The notes below the pieces were generated by a model. That model searched no databases. It was not told the origin of the DNA and saw only the letters and a list, made by a program, of their open reading frames with translations. The position numbers and the translations under genes are program-made. A stretch of DNA of 64,000 bases from an uncultured Gemmatimonadales bacterium (lineage in GTDB: Bacteria > Gemmatimonadota > Gemmatimonadetes > Gemmatimonadales > Gemmatimonadaceae), in contig OY969695.1 of assembly GCA_963701965.1 (NCBI GenBank), positions 3,136,001-3,200,000 of the forward strand. The letters are read 5' to 3'. Positions 38,366 through 49,407 of this stretch are shown piece after piece. Positions within the stretch are counted from its first letter, which is position 1. Each line of letters begins with the position of its first letter.

Positions 38366-41300
38366 TCCGATACGGTGGAGTGCGCGAGGTCGACGGTGGC
38401 GGTGTCGTCGCGAGCAACGTTCCGCGTCGGCAACGCGAGGGTGAACGCCGCCCCCGCGCCCTGCACACTGCGCACGCGCAGCCCGCCGCCCATGCCCCGC
38501 GCCAAATCGCGGCTGATGGCGAGCCCCAGGCCCGTCCCGTGGCCGGAGCGCGTGAAGCTCTGATTGAGCTGCACGAACGGGTCGAAGATGCTCTCTTGCT
38601 TCTCGCGCGGGACCCCGATCCCGGTGTCGCGGACGCGGAGAAAGATCGTATCGGCGGGGGCGTTCTCCGGATGCTCATCGCGTCCCACGATCTCAATGAC
38701 GACGCGCCCGCCCGGCTCGGTGAACTTGACCGCGTTGGAGAGCAAGTTGATGAGAATCTGTACGAGCTTGTCGCGGTCGACGAGCGCCGTAGTGGCCGGT
38801 GGAATGGTCATACCGACCGTCAAGCTCTTGGCCGCGAGCTGCGGCTCCACGATCCGCACCACGTCGGACACGACCGGCGACAGCGGGACGTCCTCCAGAC
38901 GGTACTCGACGCGTCCCGCCTCCAGCTTCGCGTAGTTCAGGATGTCGTTGATGAGGGCCAGCAGATACTGCTCGCTGCGCTCGATCCGGTTCAACGCGTC
39001 GCGTTGGGCGTCGGTGAGCGCCCCGTGCACGCCCATATGCAGGAGCTGCGCGTGGCCCGCGATCGCGTTGAGCGGCGTCCGGAGCTCGTGGCTCATGACC
39101 GCCAGAAACTCCGACTTGGCCCGATTCGCCTCGTCCGCGCGCCGACGGGCCGCCTCGGCCTCCGCGCGCGCCGCCTCGATCGCCTCGCGCGCCCGCACCC
39201 GCGCCGAGATCTCCCGGAAATAGCAGACGACCCCGGCGCTGCCGTCGGGTAGCGGCAGCCGGTGGATCTGCCATTCGTAATACTCCCTGCGGCCGCGGTC
39301 CTCGCGGTCCTCGCTCCACTCCGGCGCGCTGTACGGCGCCCCAGTCGCCAGCGTGTGGTGGAACCGCGCCACCACTTCGTCGGCGAATTCCTTCGGCCAC
39401 AGGATGTGGATCACTTCGTCGAAGTCGCGGCCGATGAGATCGGGAATGTCGCCGAACACCTCGCGCGCCGTGGGATTCACCTCGATGATCCGGAACGCCC
39501 CGTCGACGAGATAGACGCCCATCGGGGCATCGTCGACGATGGCGCGCAGCTGCGCCTGCATGTGCCGGAGTGACGCCTCGGTGCCCCGCCGTTCCAGATA
39601 ATCCGCCGTCTGCCGCGCCAGAAGATCCATGAGGCGGAGCTCGCGGTCCGTCAGCCGCTGGTGCGTGGCGAAATGCGTGGAGATGAAGCCAAGGGGGGCG
39701 CCATTGTTGCCCACGAGTGGCGTCTGGCGGACGAGGGGCGTCTCGGCTCCACGCTGCACGGCGATGGTAAGTACACCGGTGACAGGGTCGACCAGCTGCA
39801 CATTCCCGTGGTCGGCCCCCGTGATCGCCATCGCGGCATCCAGGATGTGCAGCAGACACTCGTCCAACGACGACTCGGCGCGCGCGCACCGGACACCGAC
39901 TTCGTGCAGCCGTGTCATCGCGTCCAGATCCGCGGCGATACGCCGCTCGAACGACTGCCGGCTCCGGGCCATGGTCAACGTCGACGCGATGCGCGCCAAG
40001 AGCTCGCGGGCGCTGAACGGCTTGATGACGTAGTCATCGGCGCCGACATCGAGCCCATCGACCCGGGCTTCCTGGCCCGCCCGCGCCGAGAGCAGGATGA
40101 CCGGCATGTCCGCCAGCGCCGGGTCGGCGCGCACCGCGCGGACCAGCGCAAAGCCGTCCAGCATCGGCATCATGACGTCGCTCAAGAGCAGATCCGGACG
40201 CCGTGCCCGGAGCGCCGCGAGCGCGGCGGCGCCGTCGCCGACCGTCTGCACGTCGTAGCCTGGTGACAGGAGACGCGACACGTAGTGCCGCATGTCCGCG
40301 TTGTCGTCCGCGAACAGGATCATCGCCCGGTCGGCATCTTCGGTGCGCGACGGCGCGATCGGCAACAGATCCCGCTCGATATCCGCGAGCGAGTCGGCCC
40401 GGGCAGCGTCGGGCAGCCACCGCAAAGCTTCTTCGTGGTACGGTTGGGCGCCGAGCGCGGTCGAAACCAGTGTGCGTGTGGCCTGTAGCCGCTCGGATGG
40501 CAGGTGCGCGACGCCCAGCGGAACGCTGACCGTAAATCTGCTGCCTTCCCCCAGTGTGCTTTCGGCGCGCACCATGCCCCCGTGCAGCTTGACCAGCTCT
40601 TGCACGAGGGCGAGCCCGATCCCGGTGCCCTCGTGCGTGCGGCCACGCGCGCCCTCCACCCGGTGGAACCGATCAAAGAGCCTCGGCAACTCGGCGTCGG
40701 GAATGCCGGTTCCGGTGTCCTGCACGGTGAGGACCGCGTGCTCGCTTTCCTGTCGCACCCGCACCGCGATCTCGCCCTCGAATGTGAACTTGAACGCGTT
40801 GGAGACGAGGTTGAGCACGATCTTCTCCCACATATCGCGATCGACCCACACCGGATGGGGGAGGGGCGGGCAATCGACCGTGAGTCGCAGTCCCGCCTTG
40901 TCCGTCGCCGCGCGAAAGCCGCTGGCCAGGTCGGCGGTCAGCATCGCAAAGTCGACTGGCTCGTACGATGCCTCGACGCGCCCAGCCTCGATCCGCGAGA
41001 AGTCGAGAAGAGTGTTGACGAGACGGAGCAGGCGCAGGCCATTCCGGTGCACGAGCGCGAGATCGTCGCGACGGCCTGGCAACGCGTCCGCCGGCGCCGA
41101 GATCACATCTTCCAGTGGCCCGAGCATGAGCGCGAGGGGCGTGCGAAACTCGTGGCTCACGTTCGAGAAGAACGTCGTCTTGGCGCGATCGAGCTCCGCC
41201 AACGCCTCGGCGCGCTTCCGCTCCTCCTCATACGCGCGCGCATTGGCAATGGCGGTGGCGAGTTGGGCCGTCAGGAGCTCGAAGAAACTGTGGTACTGCT

Positions 41301-42210
41301 CGTCGAGCGCGAGCCGGGGACTCACCCCGGCGACGAGCACGCCGGCGGGACGGTTGGCGACAGTCGAGGGAATGACGGCGACGACCGCGGTCTCGGACGC
41401 ACCTCTGACCACCTGCACCTCGTGCGACCGGATCGCATCGAGCAGTGGCCACGGGCCGGCGCCGCTCGCGTCGGTGAGGTCGACCGTGACGGAACTCGAA
41501 GGAAGTCCAGGCTCGACGCCGGCCGCGCCGGCAAGGTGCGCGCGTTGCCCGTCGGCATCGATCAGATAGAGGAGCGCGAACGGCACGTCGCGCCCGTGCT
41601 TCGCCAGGATCTCGGCCGACGTCGCGCAGGCGGCGTTCGCGGTGCGTGCTTCGGCGAGCGCGCGCGCCCCCAGATCGCGGAGCACGCGCACCCGACGCGC
41701 GGCGATCACCTTCTCCGTGATCTCGTGCACGGTCGCCAGCACGCCGCCGATCCCGCGGGGGGCGGTGTCGTCCGGCACGGGACTGTAGGCGACCGTGAAA
41801 TGCGTTTCCTCGACGAACCCATGCCGGTTGATCTCGAGCTCCAGATCTTCCATCCACGTGGCGGGGCCGCCGTGGAACGGGGTGTCGATGAGGGGCCCGA
41901 TGATGTGCCAGATCTCCGACCAGCACTCGCGCGTCGGCTGACCCAGCGAACGCGGATGCTTGGTCCCGAGGATCGGCCGGTACGCATCGTTGTACAGCTG
42001 GATGTAGTCGGGGCCCCACCACAGTAGGAGCGGGAAGCGATTGGCCAAGAGAAAGCTGACCATCGTCCGCAAGGTCAGCGACCATTCGTCGACAGGGCCC
42101 AATGGCGTCGCGCTCCAATCGATCGAGCGCATCAATGCCCCCATCTCGCCGCCATTCGCGAGGAAGCGCGGTGCCGTGTCCGCCGGCATCGTGGCGCCCG
42201 CGTCGCTCAT
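38362..42210 (-). CDS. Hybrid sensor kinase PAS-GAF-HisKA-HATPase-REC-GAF-PAS-HisKA-HATPase
   Basis: DWSATPLGP, two H-boxes (SHEFRTPL, SHELRTPL), two N-boxes (NAFKFT, NAVKFT), receiver DDNADMR/SDVMMP/KPF. Confidence 0.92.
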   Translation of the reverse strand: MSDAGATMPADTAPRFLANGGEMGALMRSIDWSATPLGPVDEWSLTLRTMVSFLLANRFPLLLWWGPDYIQLYNDAYRPILGTKHPRSLGQPTRECWSEIWHIIGPLIDTPFHGGPATWMEDLELEINRHGFVEETHFTVAYSPVPDDTAPRGIGGVLATVHEITEKVIAARRVRVLRDLGARALAEARTANAACATSAEILAKHGRDVPFALLYLIDADGQRAHLAGAAGVEPGLPSSSVTVDLTDASGAGPWPLLDAIRSHEVQVVRGASETAVVAVIPSTVANRPAGVLVAGVSPRLALDEQYHSFFELLTAQLATAIANARAYEEERKRAEALAELDRAKTTFFSNVSHEFRTPLALMLGPLEDVISAPADALPGRRDDLALVHRNGLRLLRLVNTLLDFSRIEAGRVEASYEPVDFAMLTADLASGFRAATDKAGLRLTVDCPPLPHPVWVDRDMWEKIVLNLVSNAFKFTFEGEIAVRVRQESEHAVLTVQDTGTGIPDAELPRLFDRFHRVEGARGRTHEGTGIGLALVQELVKLHGGMVRAESTLGEGSRFTVSVPLGVAHLPSERLQATRTLVSTALGAQPYHEEALRWLPDAARADSLADIERDLLPIAPSRTEDADRAMILFADDNADMRHYVSRLLSPGYDVQTVGDGAAALAALRARRPDLLLSDVMMPMLDGFALVRAVRADPALADMPVILLSARAGQEARVDGLDVGADDYVIKPFSARELLARIASTLTMARSRQSFERRIAADLDAMTRLHEVGVRCARAESSLDECLLHILDAAMAITGADHGNVQLVDPVTGVLTIAVQRGAETPLVRQTPLVGNNGAPLGFISTHFATHQRLTDRELRLMDLLARQTADYLERRGTEASLRHMQAQLRAIVDDAPMGVYLVDGAFRIIEVNPTAREVFGDIPDLIGRDFDEVIHILWPKEFADEVVARFHHTLATGAPYSAPEWSEDREDRGRREYYEWQIHRLPLPDGSAGVVCYFREISARVRAREAIEAARAEAEAARRRADEANRAKSEFLAVMSHELRTPLNAIAGHAQLLHMGVHGALTDAQRDALNRIERSEQYLLALINDILNYAKLEAGRVEYRLEDVPLSPVVSDVVRIVEPQLAAKSLTVGMTIPPATTALVDRDKLVQILINLLSNAVKFTEPGGRVVIEIVGRDEHPENAPADTIFLRVRDTGIGVPREKQESIFDPFVQLNQSFTRSGHGTGLGLAISRDLARGMGGGLRVRSVQGAGAAFTLALPTRNVARDDTATVDLAHSTVSD

Positions 42211-42537
42211 GTCCTCGTTCGGTCTCCTATGAGTCATGGTGGTCGAAGGTCCAAGGTAACCGCGGGTGCAAGATACGCATACGCAGAATCGACGCCGGAG
42301 CGCGAAGCCGTAACGCACGTTGTATGCTCAGCTGTTTGCGGCCGGCAAGGGTGATGTTAAGCCCCGCCTACCGAGCCTAACGTGGTCCGGCGCCTGACTT
42401 TGCGGTTTTGGGGAGATCAAGACATGCTTGAGCGCAGCATGGTGGCTGCTCGACTGCCCGCTGCGAGCGGCTCGTTCTCGTTGTTCGCATCCGCCGGCAA
42501 GCCGTCAGGAACCCACGTCGGTGACGCGATGTAATCG

Positions 42538-44962
42538 CTACGGCACTCGTACGGCGACGATCGTGTCCACAGCGACGATCGTAGTCTGTACGCCTTTGAT
42601 TGGCACGGTCCCCTGCAGCGTGATGTAGCCGCTCAATATCGTGCCTTTCTTGATAAGATTGACGGTGAAGCCCCCGTTCGTCAGTCCACCACCCTGCGTC
42701 ACCGATTGTATCGCCTTACCCGTAATCGTTCCCGACGTCGCGGTCCCGGTATTCGAGTACGCGAAGACGTCGATCGGAGCGACGGCACCCGAGATCGCCA
42801 GGGGAATGGGTGCGACCTGGGCAAATTGCTGCGCGCTATCAGGCGGTGAGGCGAAGGCGAAGCCGGCCTCCGGATAGTTGCTGTTGGGGAATGGCGGTCC
42901 GTTCAAAGCGACCAGCGTGGGGACCGTATTCGGTTGAATGTCGAACGCCAGCTTGGCCGACGCGGTGTCTGAGATCGCGCCATCGATGAGCGTATGGAGC
43001 CACGTGAACGACTGAATCCGCCACAGCTCCACGTTGGCGCCGTTCAGCGTGGTGTCGACCCGGGCAATGACCTGCTTGTTGCGATTGTCTATGGCTTTAA
43101 TCGTGAGCGTGCGCGGTCCGCCCGCCGTATACGTGTGCTGGACGACAGGATTGTTCTGCACCGTGACCGTGGGCGTGCTGTCGCCGAAACTCCACTCGTA
43201 CGCGACGTTCGCCGGGAGCAAGTTCGGTTGGAAGGAGAGCTGCAGCGTGTCGGAGCTGTTCACGAGGATGCCGCCCGCTGGCGCCGTGACGGTGCCGTGC
43301 AGATTCGCGATCGTGAACTGGTGCCAGTCGAGCCAGCGCCCGGCAGCACCACCAGTCGTCGGTACCATGCCTGCGGCGCCAGCCGCGTCGAGTGGTATGC
43401 CCAACGATCTTTGCGCGCCTGGGGCGACGCTGGCACTCGACACCAAGAGACCCTGCGCTCCCAGAAATCCAACCGAGTCCGTAACCAATCCGCCCGACAG
43501 TGTGTAGATGTTGAAACTCGACTCCACATTCCCCGACGGGCTGGGGGACAGCGTCGACGTGAATCCGTATTGGCACGTCGCGCACTGCGCCCAGAAGCGC
43601 AGGGTGTCGACGACATACATCGTGTCGAATAGCGGGCCAGACCACGTGTAGAACCCCGACGTTGGGAAGAGGCTGGCGCCGGCAGTCCCCGCCGTCGCGT
43701 CGGTGTACGACGACGCGAGGGGCGCGAGGGGGATAGCCAAGCCGAGAGGAGTGGCGAGCGGCGTGGTGAAGGAGACGCCGGCCTTGTACAGGGGATTCAC
43801 GTACGGCGTCATACCACTGCCTACCAACTGCAGAAACCGGCTGCTGTCACCGGGGCTGATCGGGTCGCCCACGTAGATCTGCTTGCCGGTCGCCCGGTAC
43901 GCGATCAGAAAGTAGAAGCCATTGATCGCGGAGCTCTGGAGATCGACGAGCACCGGGAGTGGCGCGCCGCCGTTCAAGGTGCCGAGCGCGAAGCTGGCGC
44001 GAATCTGATTGAACTGCAGCGAGTCCCTGTCGGCCACGCCTTGCGTGACGCTCTTGTAGGCTGAGCTGAGGTAGCTATTCACCTGGTTGCTCACCTGCCC
44101 GTCGATCAAACTCGTCCAGTGGAAACCGATCGTGTCGCTGAGGGGCGCGTTGCGGACGGCCGCGAACCGGCCATGCAGCGGAGTCGTCGAGGGTTTGGCG
44201 TTGAAATACCACAACTCCGTCGCGGCCACGCCGAGCAGTGTGCTCGCCGGCGCCGCCTCCGTGGGGAAGGCCGGCATCTCCCAATCATTGGTGCCCGGCC
44301 GATAGTGGGTATCCCAATCCTGGTTCAGCACCGCCGTCGGGATCGCGTAGACACCAAAGCTGACGCTCAAGCTGTCCGACGAACCGCCGCTCGCCATCGC
44401 GTGGACGCGACCGCGGACTTGGTCCGCCGACACCGAAGCGGCGCTGGCTTGGCTCAGATGCCCCGTGATCGCCGTCACGCTGCTACCGTCGTAGGCGATC
44501 GTCGTCATCGGCTCGATGGCCTTCGTCACCGAGTCATACAAGACGACGACGGGGAACGTACCGGTGGCCACGGTCACCGGGACCTTGAACGTGATCGCGC
44601 CCTTGGCATAGCCGCCGGCGCTGGTCACGACGTGCACGACGGGCGAGATCGGCACGATGCCGTTCGCCGTCGGGAGGTTCTTGTTCGTCGACGAGCCAAT
44701 GGTGACGGTGAGCGCGCCAGAGAACGCGCCCGACGGCACGGTCATGGTCAGCCCGTTGAGCGGGTCACCGGATTTATTGACGGTGATCGTCCCGCCCGAG
44801 GCCGGGACCGAGCCCTGGGACAGGGTATCGAAAGTCGACGCAGTCGGCGGCGGTGGCTTCGTGCCCGTGGGTGTCGAGTTCGAGCTACCGCAGGCGGCGA
44901 TCGCGAGAACGACGATGCCGAGAACGAGCTGGCGCAGATAAAGCTCCGAAGAGGCGGGTCAT
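42538..44962 (-). CDS. Large surface lipoprotein with PKD domain (start probably frameshifted)
   Basis: The 735-aa frame extends upstream to LVLGIVVLAIAACGSS (lipobox). The nearest ATG (44962) is out of frame. PKD motif YEWSFGD...HTY. Confidence 0.75.
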
Positions 44963-45025
44963 CGAGAGAGCGGATTCTCTCGAACCAATGGCTCACGGCA
45001 ATGGTAGGATCAGTTATGGACGGTG

Positions 45026-45157
45026 TCAATGCAGAGGCCGGTAAACGGCCGGCTCCGCCAGGAACACGGCGCCAAAGACAATGAAGGCCTGCGTAATGTC
45101 CACTGTTCCGGCGATCAGGCCGCCCACACTGATCGCCATCATCGCGCGTCGTGTCAT
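45026..45157 (-). pseudogene. N-terminal fragment of a small membrane protein
   Basis: Manual translation MTRRAMMAISVGGLIAGTVDITQAFIVFG..., stopping after 43 residues. Confidence 0.4.
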
Positions 45158-45217
45158 GGCCTACCGTAAGCCCGGGAGGCCTGAAAAGTCCTGAAGTCGG
45201 TCTGAAAGCGGCCTGAA

Positions 45218-46066
45218 TCAATACGGCTTGATCCCGCCGCAGTGCATCGGGACTTCCCAGGGTGGCGATTCCCGAATGACGTTGTAATCGAAGCAATCGG
45301 AATTCGTCGGATCCTGGTACGGGGCGAGACTCGGCATGGCCGGCCCGGCACCGCCGGCCGCGGGTTGCGGTGGCCGGGCCGTGTACGGGGCGAGCATTTG
45401 CTTGAACATGTCCGGTGTTACGCGGTAACTCCCGGCGATCTTCTCGACGATCGGGCGCGCTTGGGCCGCCTGACTCGCGGGGGCTTGTAACAGGAACACG
45501 ATGTTCTTGTACAGTCCGAGCCAGTCGGGTTGCAGCGAGCAGATGACGCCCTCGAACTTGATGTTGTCCGACCCGGCAACCCAGCCGCCCGTCATACGGG
45601 AGCACATCGGGAGTCTGGTCGGCGTCTCGGAGGCGATCGTGATATTCGGCGCGGGCATTCCCTGTTTGGCCGCGCCGGCGTTGAGAATCTTGGTAAACTT
45701 CTCTTTGAGCGGCGTGCTGAAAGGCAAGGCGAATGCGACATTGCTGGCGGCGTCGCCGGCCCCCTCCGGTCCGTTCTTCGCGACGACGATGACGCCGAGG
45801 TTGACGCGCTCGCCGTTGGGGCCAGTCACGAATACAAATCCGTTCGACCCTTTGGCCAGGGTCCAGCCGTCGGGAACACCTACCGTGGCGGTCTTGTCGT
45901 CCGTCGTCGCGAGCTTATAGCCGCTGGTACTTTGGGGTTGCGTGGATGCGGGCGCTTGTGATGGGGTCTTGGTTTTGGTACGTCCTTGTGCCTCGGCGCG
46001 CGGGATCATCGGGCTGACGACCGATAGCGCGGAGAGGACGCAGATCTGCGCGAGAGTGCTCTGCAA
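45218..46066 (-). CDS. Exported hypothetical protein
   Basis: Signal peptide ending AEA-Q, low-complexity linker, four Cys in the mature part. Confidence 0.75.
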   Translation of the reverse strand: MQSTLAQICVLSALSVVSPMIPRAEAQGRTKTKTPSQAPASTQPQSTSGYKLATTDDKTATVGVPDGWTLAKGSNGFVFVTGPNGERVNLGVIVVAKNGPEGAGDAASNVAFALPFSTPLKEKFTKILNAGAAKQGMPAPNITIASETPTRLPMCSRMTGGWVAGSDNIKFEGVICSLQPDWLGLYKNIVFLLQAPASQAAQARPIVEKIAGSYRVTPDMFKQMLAPYTARPPQPAAGGAGPAMPSLAPYQDPTNSDCFDYNVIRESPPWEVPMHCGGIKPY

Positions 46067-46124
46067 GGGAAGCTCCAGAAAGATGGGTCAACCCCAAGAG
46101 CGGATTTTCCCGGGCCGGGGGCTC

Positions 46125-47700
46125 ATGCGCTCTGGAAACGTTCGAGCATCGTGGCTCGTCCCTCGCCTCTGGTTGCAGCTCTTCGTCTTCCGGTCCGGCC
46201 CCAACCGGGACGAATACCAGCACCGGAACGATCTCCGGCACGGTGGCGAGCTCACTCGGCGGCGGATTGCCGAATGTGCACGTCATCGTCACCCCGACGA
46301 ACGCGTCGGCACTCCCCTCGGTCAAGACCGATTCGACCGGCGCCTACGCCGTGGCCAACGTGCCGGTCGGCAATGGCGGCGTGGCCGTCTCGACCCTGCC
46401 ATCAAACTGCCAGGTCCCGACTGCGAGGTCATACACGGGCGTGGCTGGCAGCGCGGCAACCACCGTCAATGTCACCGTGACATGCGCGCCGCTCACCGGC
46501 AACCTCACCGTCACGATCTCGGCGCCGAACGGGGCCACGCCATCGGTGAGCGTCTCAGGGCCCAAAGGCTTCACCAAAACCCTGGTCCGCGACACGACGT
46601 TCACGGGGATCACTCCCGGTGCCTATGCGATCTCCGCCAAGAAATACACGCATTCGGGCCTCTTGGTGGATAGCGTCTTCGCGGCGACGATCTCGTCCAT
46701 CCACGACACGGTGGTGGCCGGACACACGGCGACCACGACCGTCACCTATGCCGTGCAGGGCGGGAGTGGGTCCCTGTGGGTCGCCAGCTATGCCAACACC
46801 CAGGTACTCGAGTTCGGCGCGTCTCAACTGCAAGCGTCCGGCAGTGTGACGCCCGCGGTGAACCTCAATGTCGCCGGCAATTATGGGGCGCCCACCGCGC
46901 TGGCCTTCGACTCGGCCGGCAATGCCTGGATCATGGCGGCGAACTTTCTGTGGGAGCTGCCGCCGGCATTGCTCACGCAAAACGGGTCGCCCATCTCGCC
47001 GATCGTCATCAACAGCACGGCGTTCAACGGCAACGAGAGCATGGCGTTCGATGCCGCGGGCAACGTGTGGGTCTCGAATTTCATCGTCAACACCGTGGTC
47101 GGATTCCACGCGAACCAGTTGACAGCCAGTGGCAGCGTCACGCCGGCCGCAATCATTACTGGTCCCGCGCTCAACGAGCCCGTGCCGCTCGCGTTTGACA
47201 AGAACGGCACGCTCTGGGTCGGCAACTTGGGCGCCACCAACGTATTGGGATACAGCCCGGCGCAGCAGGTGACGGGATCGCCAACCCCGATCACCATTGC
47301 TGTCTCCGGAGTCCCATCGATCGAAGCCGTGGCCGGTGATCCAAAGAGTGGATTGTGGGTCGGCGGCAGTGGTCACCTCGCCGCGTTCTCCGCGTCACAG
47401 CTCACGACGAGTGGCTCGCCGACCCCGGCCGTCGCGATCGCGCTCAACGCGCCGTACAACACGTCCAGGTTGACCGGCATCACGTTCGACAACCAGGGTA
47501 ACGCGTGGGTGCTCGACGGCACGGAGAACGTCATCCTCGAGCTCACTTCCGCACAACTCACCGCCGGTGGCGCGCAATCACCGGCGGTGGTCATTTCGTC
47601 GTCCGCGATGAACCTTCCCGACGCCCTGGCGTTCAATCCGCATGGGGGAGGGGTGCCACTGTTCGGGGCGAAGGTCGCGCGTCGTCAAGGGCATCCGTGA
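46125..47700 (+). CDS. Lipoprotein with carboxypeptidase-regulatory-like domain and NHL/beta-propeller repeats (start frameshifted)
   Basis: Lipobox LASGC (Cys at 46174) is in frame with the 485-aa ORF. TDSTGAY motif and repeated AFD..GN.W and QL..SG..TPA units. Confidence 0.78.
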
Positions 47701-47742
47701 TCCATTGATGGTGTTAGTCGACGGCACCGATCAGTCTGTCTG

Positions 47743-49341
47743 TTACCCTTTGACCACTGGGTAGGCCGCCGCAAGTCGTAGCGCTTCCACGTCGAGTTCG
47801 TACTCGAGTGCCTGCAAGACGTCATCGCCGATCGCGCCTATATCGCGAAGGGCGATGACTTCGTCTCGTTCGGCGGTCAATGCCTCCTTTCTGAGCCACC
47901 CATACGACTGGGCCTCGTCGGGCGCGCAGTCGCCCGTATCGCTTCCCTCGGCCAGTCGATGCGTGCGCACGCGATAGCTGTCGACCAGTCGGTTGACCAG
48001 AGTGTCCGGGGCGCGGCCGCGCAGCTGCTCGAGGCGTTCCAGCGCGGCGTCCGCGGCACGGAGTCGAGCCGAGGCTTCTTCCCGCCGTTCGTCGTCGCCA
48101 CCGCGCACGTGGAGGCGCCGCAAAACAAAGGGCAGCGTCCCGCCCTGTACGACGAGCGTCACCAGGATCACCGCGAACGTCAAATACAAGATCAGCGCTC
48201 GCGCGGGGAAGGGCCCCCCGGCCTGCGTGGCTTCCGGGAGGGCGAGCGCCGCGGCCAAGCTCAGGACACCGCGCATCCCAGCCCAGCCGATGATCGTCGT
48301 CTCCTTCCACGTGGGATATCGATCCGGTTGGTTCCCATAGATGCGCAGCCAGCGTGGGACGAGCACGCCGAAGGGGATATACGCCAACCGGACCCCGACC
48401 ACGACGAGGCTGATCAACGCGCCGTACCAGAGCAGTGTGATCGGCGTCGCGTGCTGGGTCGGCGAGAGCGACGGCCACACGACCGACAGCGCGAGCCCGG
48501 TCAGGATGAACAACGTGCCGTTGAGCAGGAAGACCAACACGTCCCAGACGGCGCGCGCCTCTACCCGTGAGCGCGGCGTGGCATGCCGGCTCATGAACTG
48601 GCGCAGCGTGAGGCCGGCCGCCGCGGCACTCAGTATTCCGGAGACGCCCAGGACGTCGGCCGACAAGTAGGCCGCATAGGGCGTCAGCAGTGTGAGCGCG
48701 ATAGTGGTGAGCTCGTCGTTCGTAAGGCGCAGGAGACGACCAGCGCACCAGCCGATCGCGATACCCACGACGGTGCCACCCACGATCACCAGCGTGAAAT
48801 CGAGCGGGGCGTGACTTGCCGAGAACGTGCCGACCACCGCGGCGGCGACGGCGACGTGTGACGCGGCCAGGCCCGTGGCATCGTTCACGACGCTTTCGCC
48901 TTCCAGGATCGTTACGATCCGGCGGGACACGCCAAGACGCCGGGCCACGGCGGTCGCCGCGACCGGATCGGTCGGCGACACCACCGCGCCGAGGACGAAC
49001 GCCGCCGGCCAACTCAGCCCGGGGATCATCGCGTGAGCGACGCCAGCGACGCCAAAGATGGTGGCCAGGACCAGTCCCAACGCCAACGCGCCAATCGGGC
49101 GAAGGTTTGCCCGAAAGTCGCGCAGGGATGTCAGGTAGCCCGCGGAGAAAATCAGCGGCGGGAGGAAAACGAAGAACACCACGTCGGGCGCGAGCGTGAT
49201 CTGCGGGAGGCCCGGGACCAAGCTCAGGACAAGTCCACCGAGGACCAGCAGGATCGGATACGGCAGTCCCAAACGCCGGGCGAGCGCGGCGATGCCGACG
49301 ACGAGGGACAGCAGACCGACGACGACGGTAACCGGGTGCAT
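47743..49341 (-). CDS. CPA1 family Na+/H+ antiporter (YjcE/NhaP-like)
   Basis: FLPPLIF, SPTDPVA, LEGESVVNDATG, WAGMRGVLSLAAAL. Confidence 0.92.
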   Translation of the reverse strand: MHPVTVVVGLLSLVVGIAALARRLGLPYPILLVLGGLVLSLVPGLPQITLAPDVVFFVFLPPLIFSAGYLTSLRDFRANLRPIGALALGLVLATIFGVAGVAHAMIPGLSWPAAFVLGAVVSPTDPVAATAVARRLGVSRRIVTILEGESVVNDATGLAASHVAVAAAVVGTFSASHAPLDFTLVIVGGTVVGIAIGWCAGRLLRLTNDELTTIALTLLTPYAAYLSADVLGVSGILSAAAAGLTLRQFMSRHATPRSRVEARAVWDVLVFLLNGTLFILTGLALSVVWPSLSPTQHATPITLLWYGALISLVVVGVRLAYIPFGVLVPRWLRIYGNQPDRYPTWKETTIIGWAGMRGVLSLAAALALPEATQAGGPFPARALILYLTFAVILVTLVVQGGTLPFVLRRLHVRGGDDERREEASARLRAADAALERLEQLRGRAPDTLVNRLVDSYRVRTHRLAEGSDTGDCAPDEAQSYGWLRKEALTAERDEVIALRDIGAIGDDVLQALEYELDVEALRLAAAYPVVKG

Positions 49342-49407
49342 GGGTCAAAGTTACTGCCATTGACCCTGCCGCCGATTACCGTCACCGCACGAGGACGACC
49401 TGTCCGC

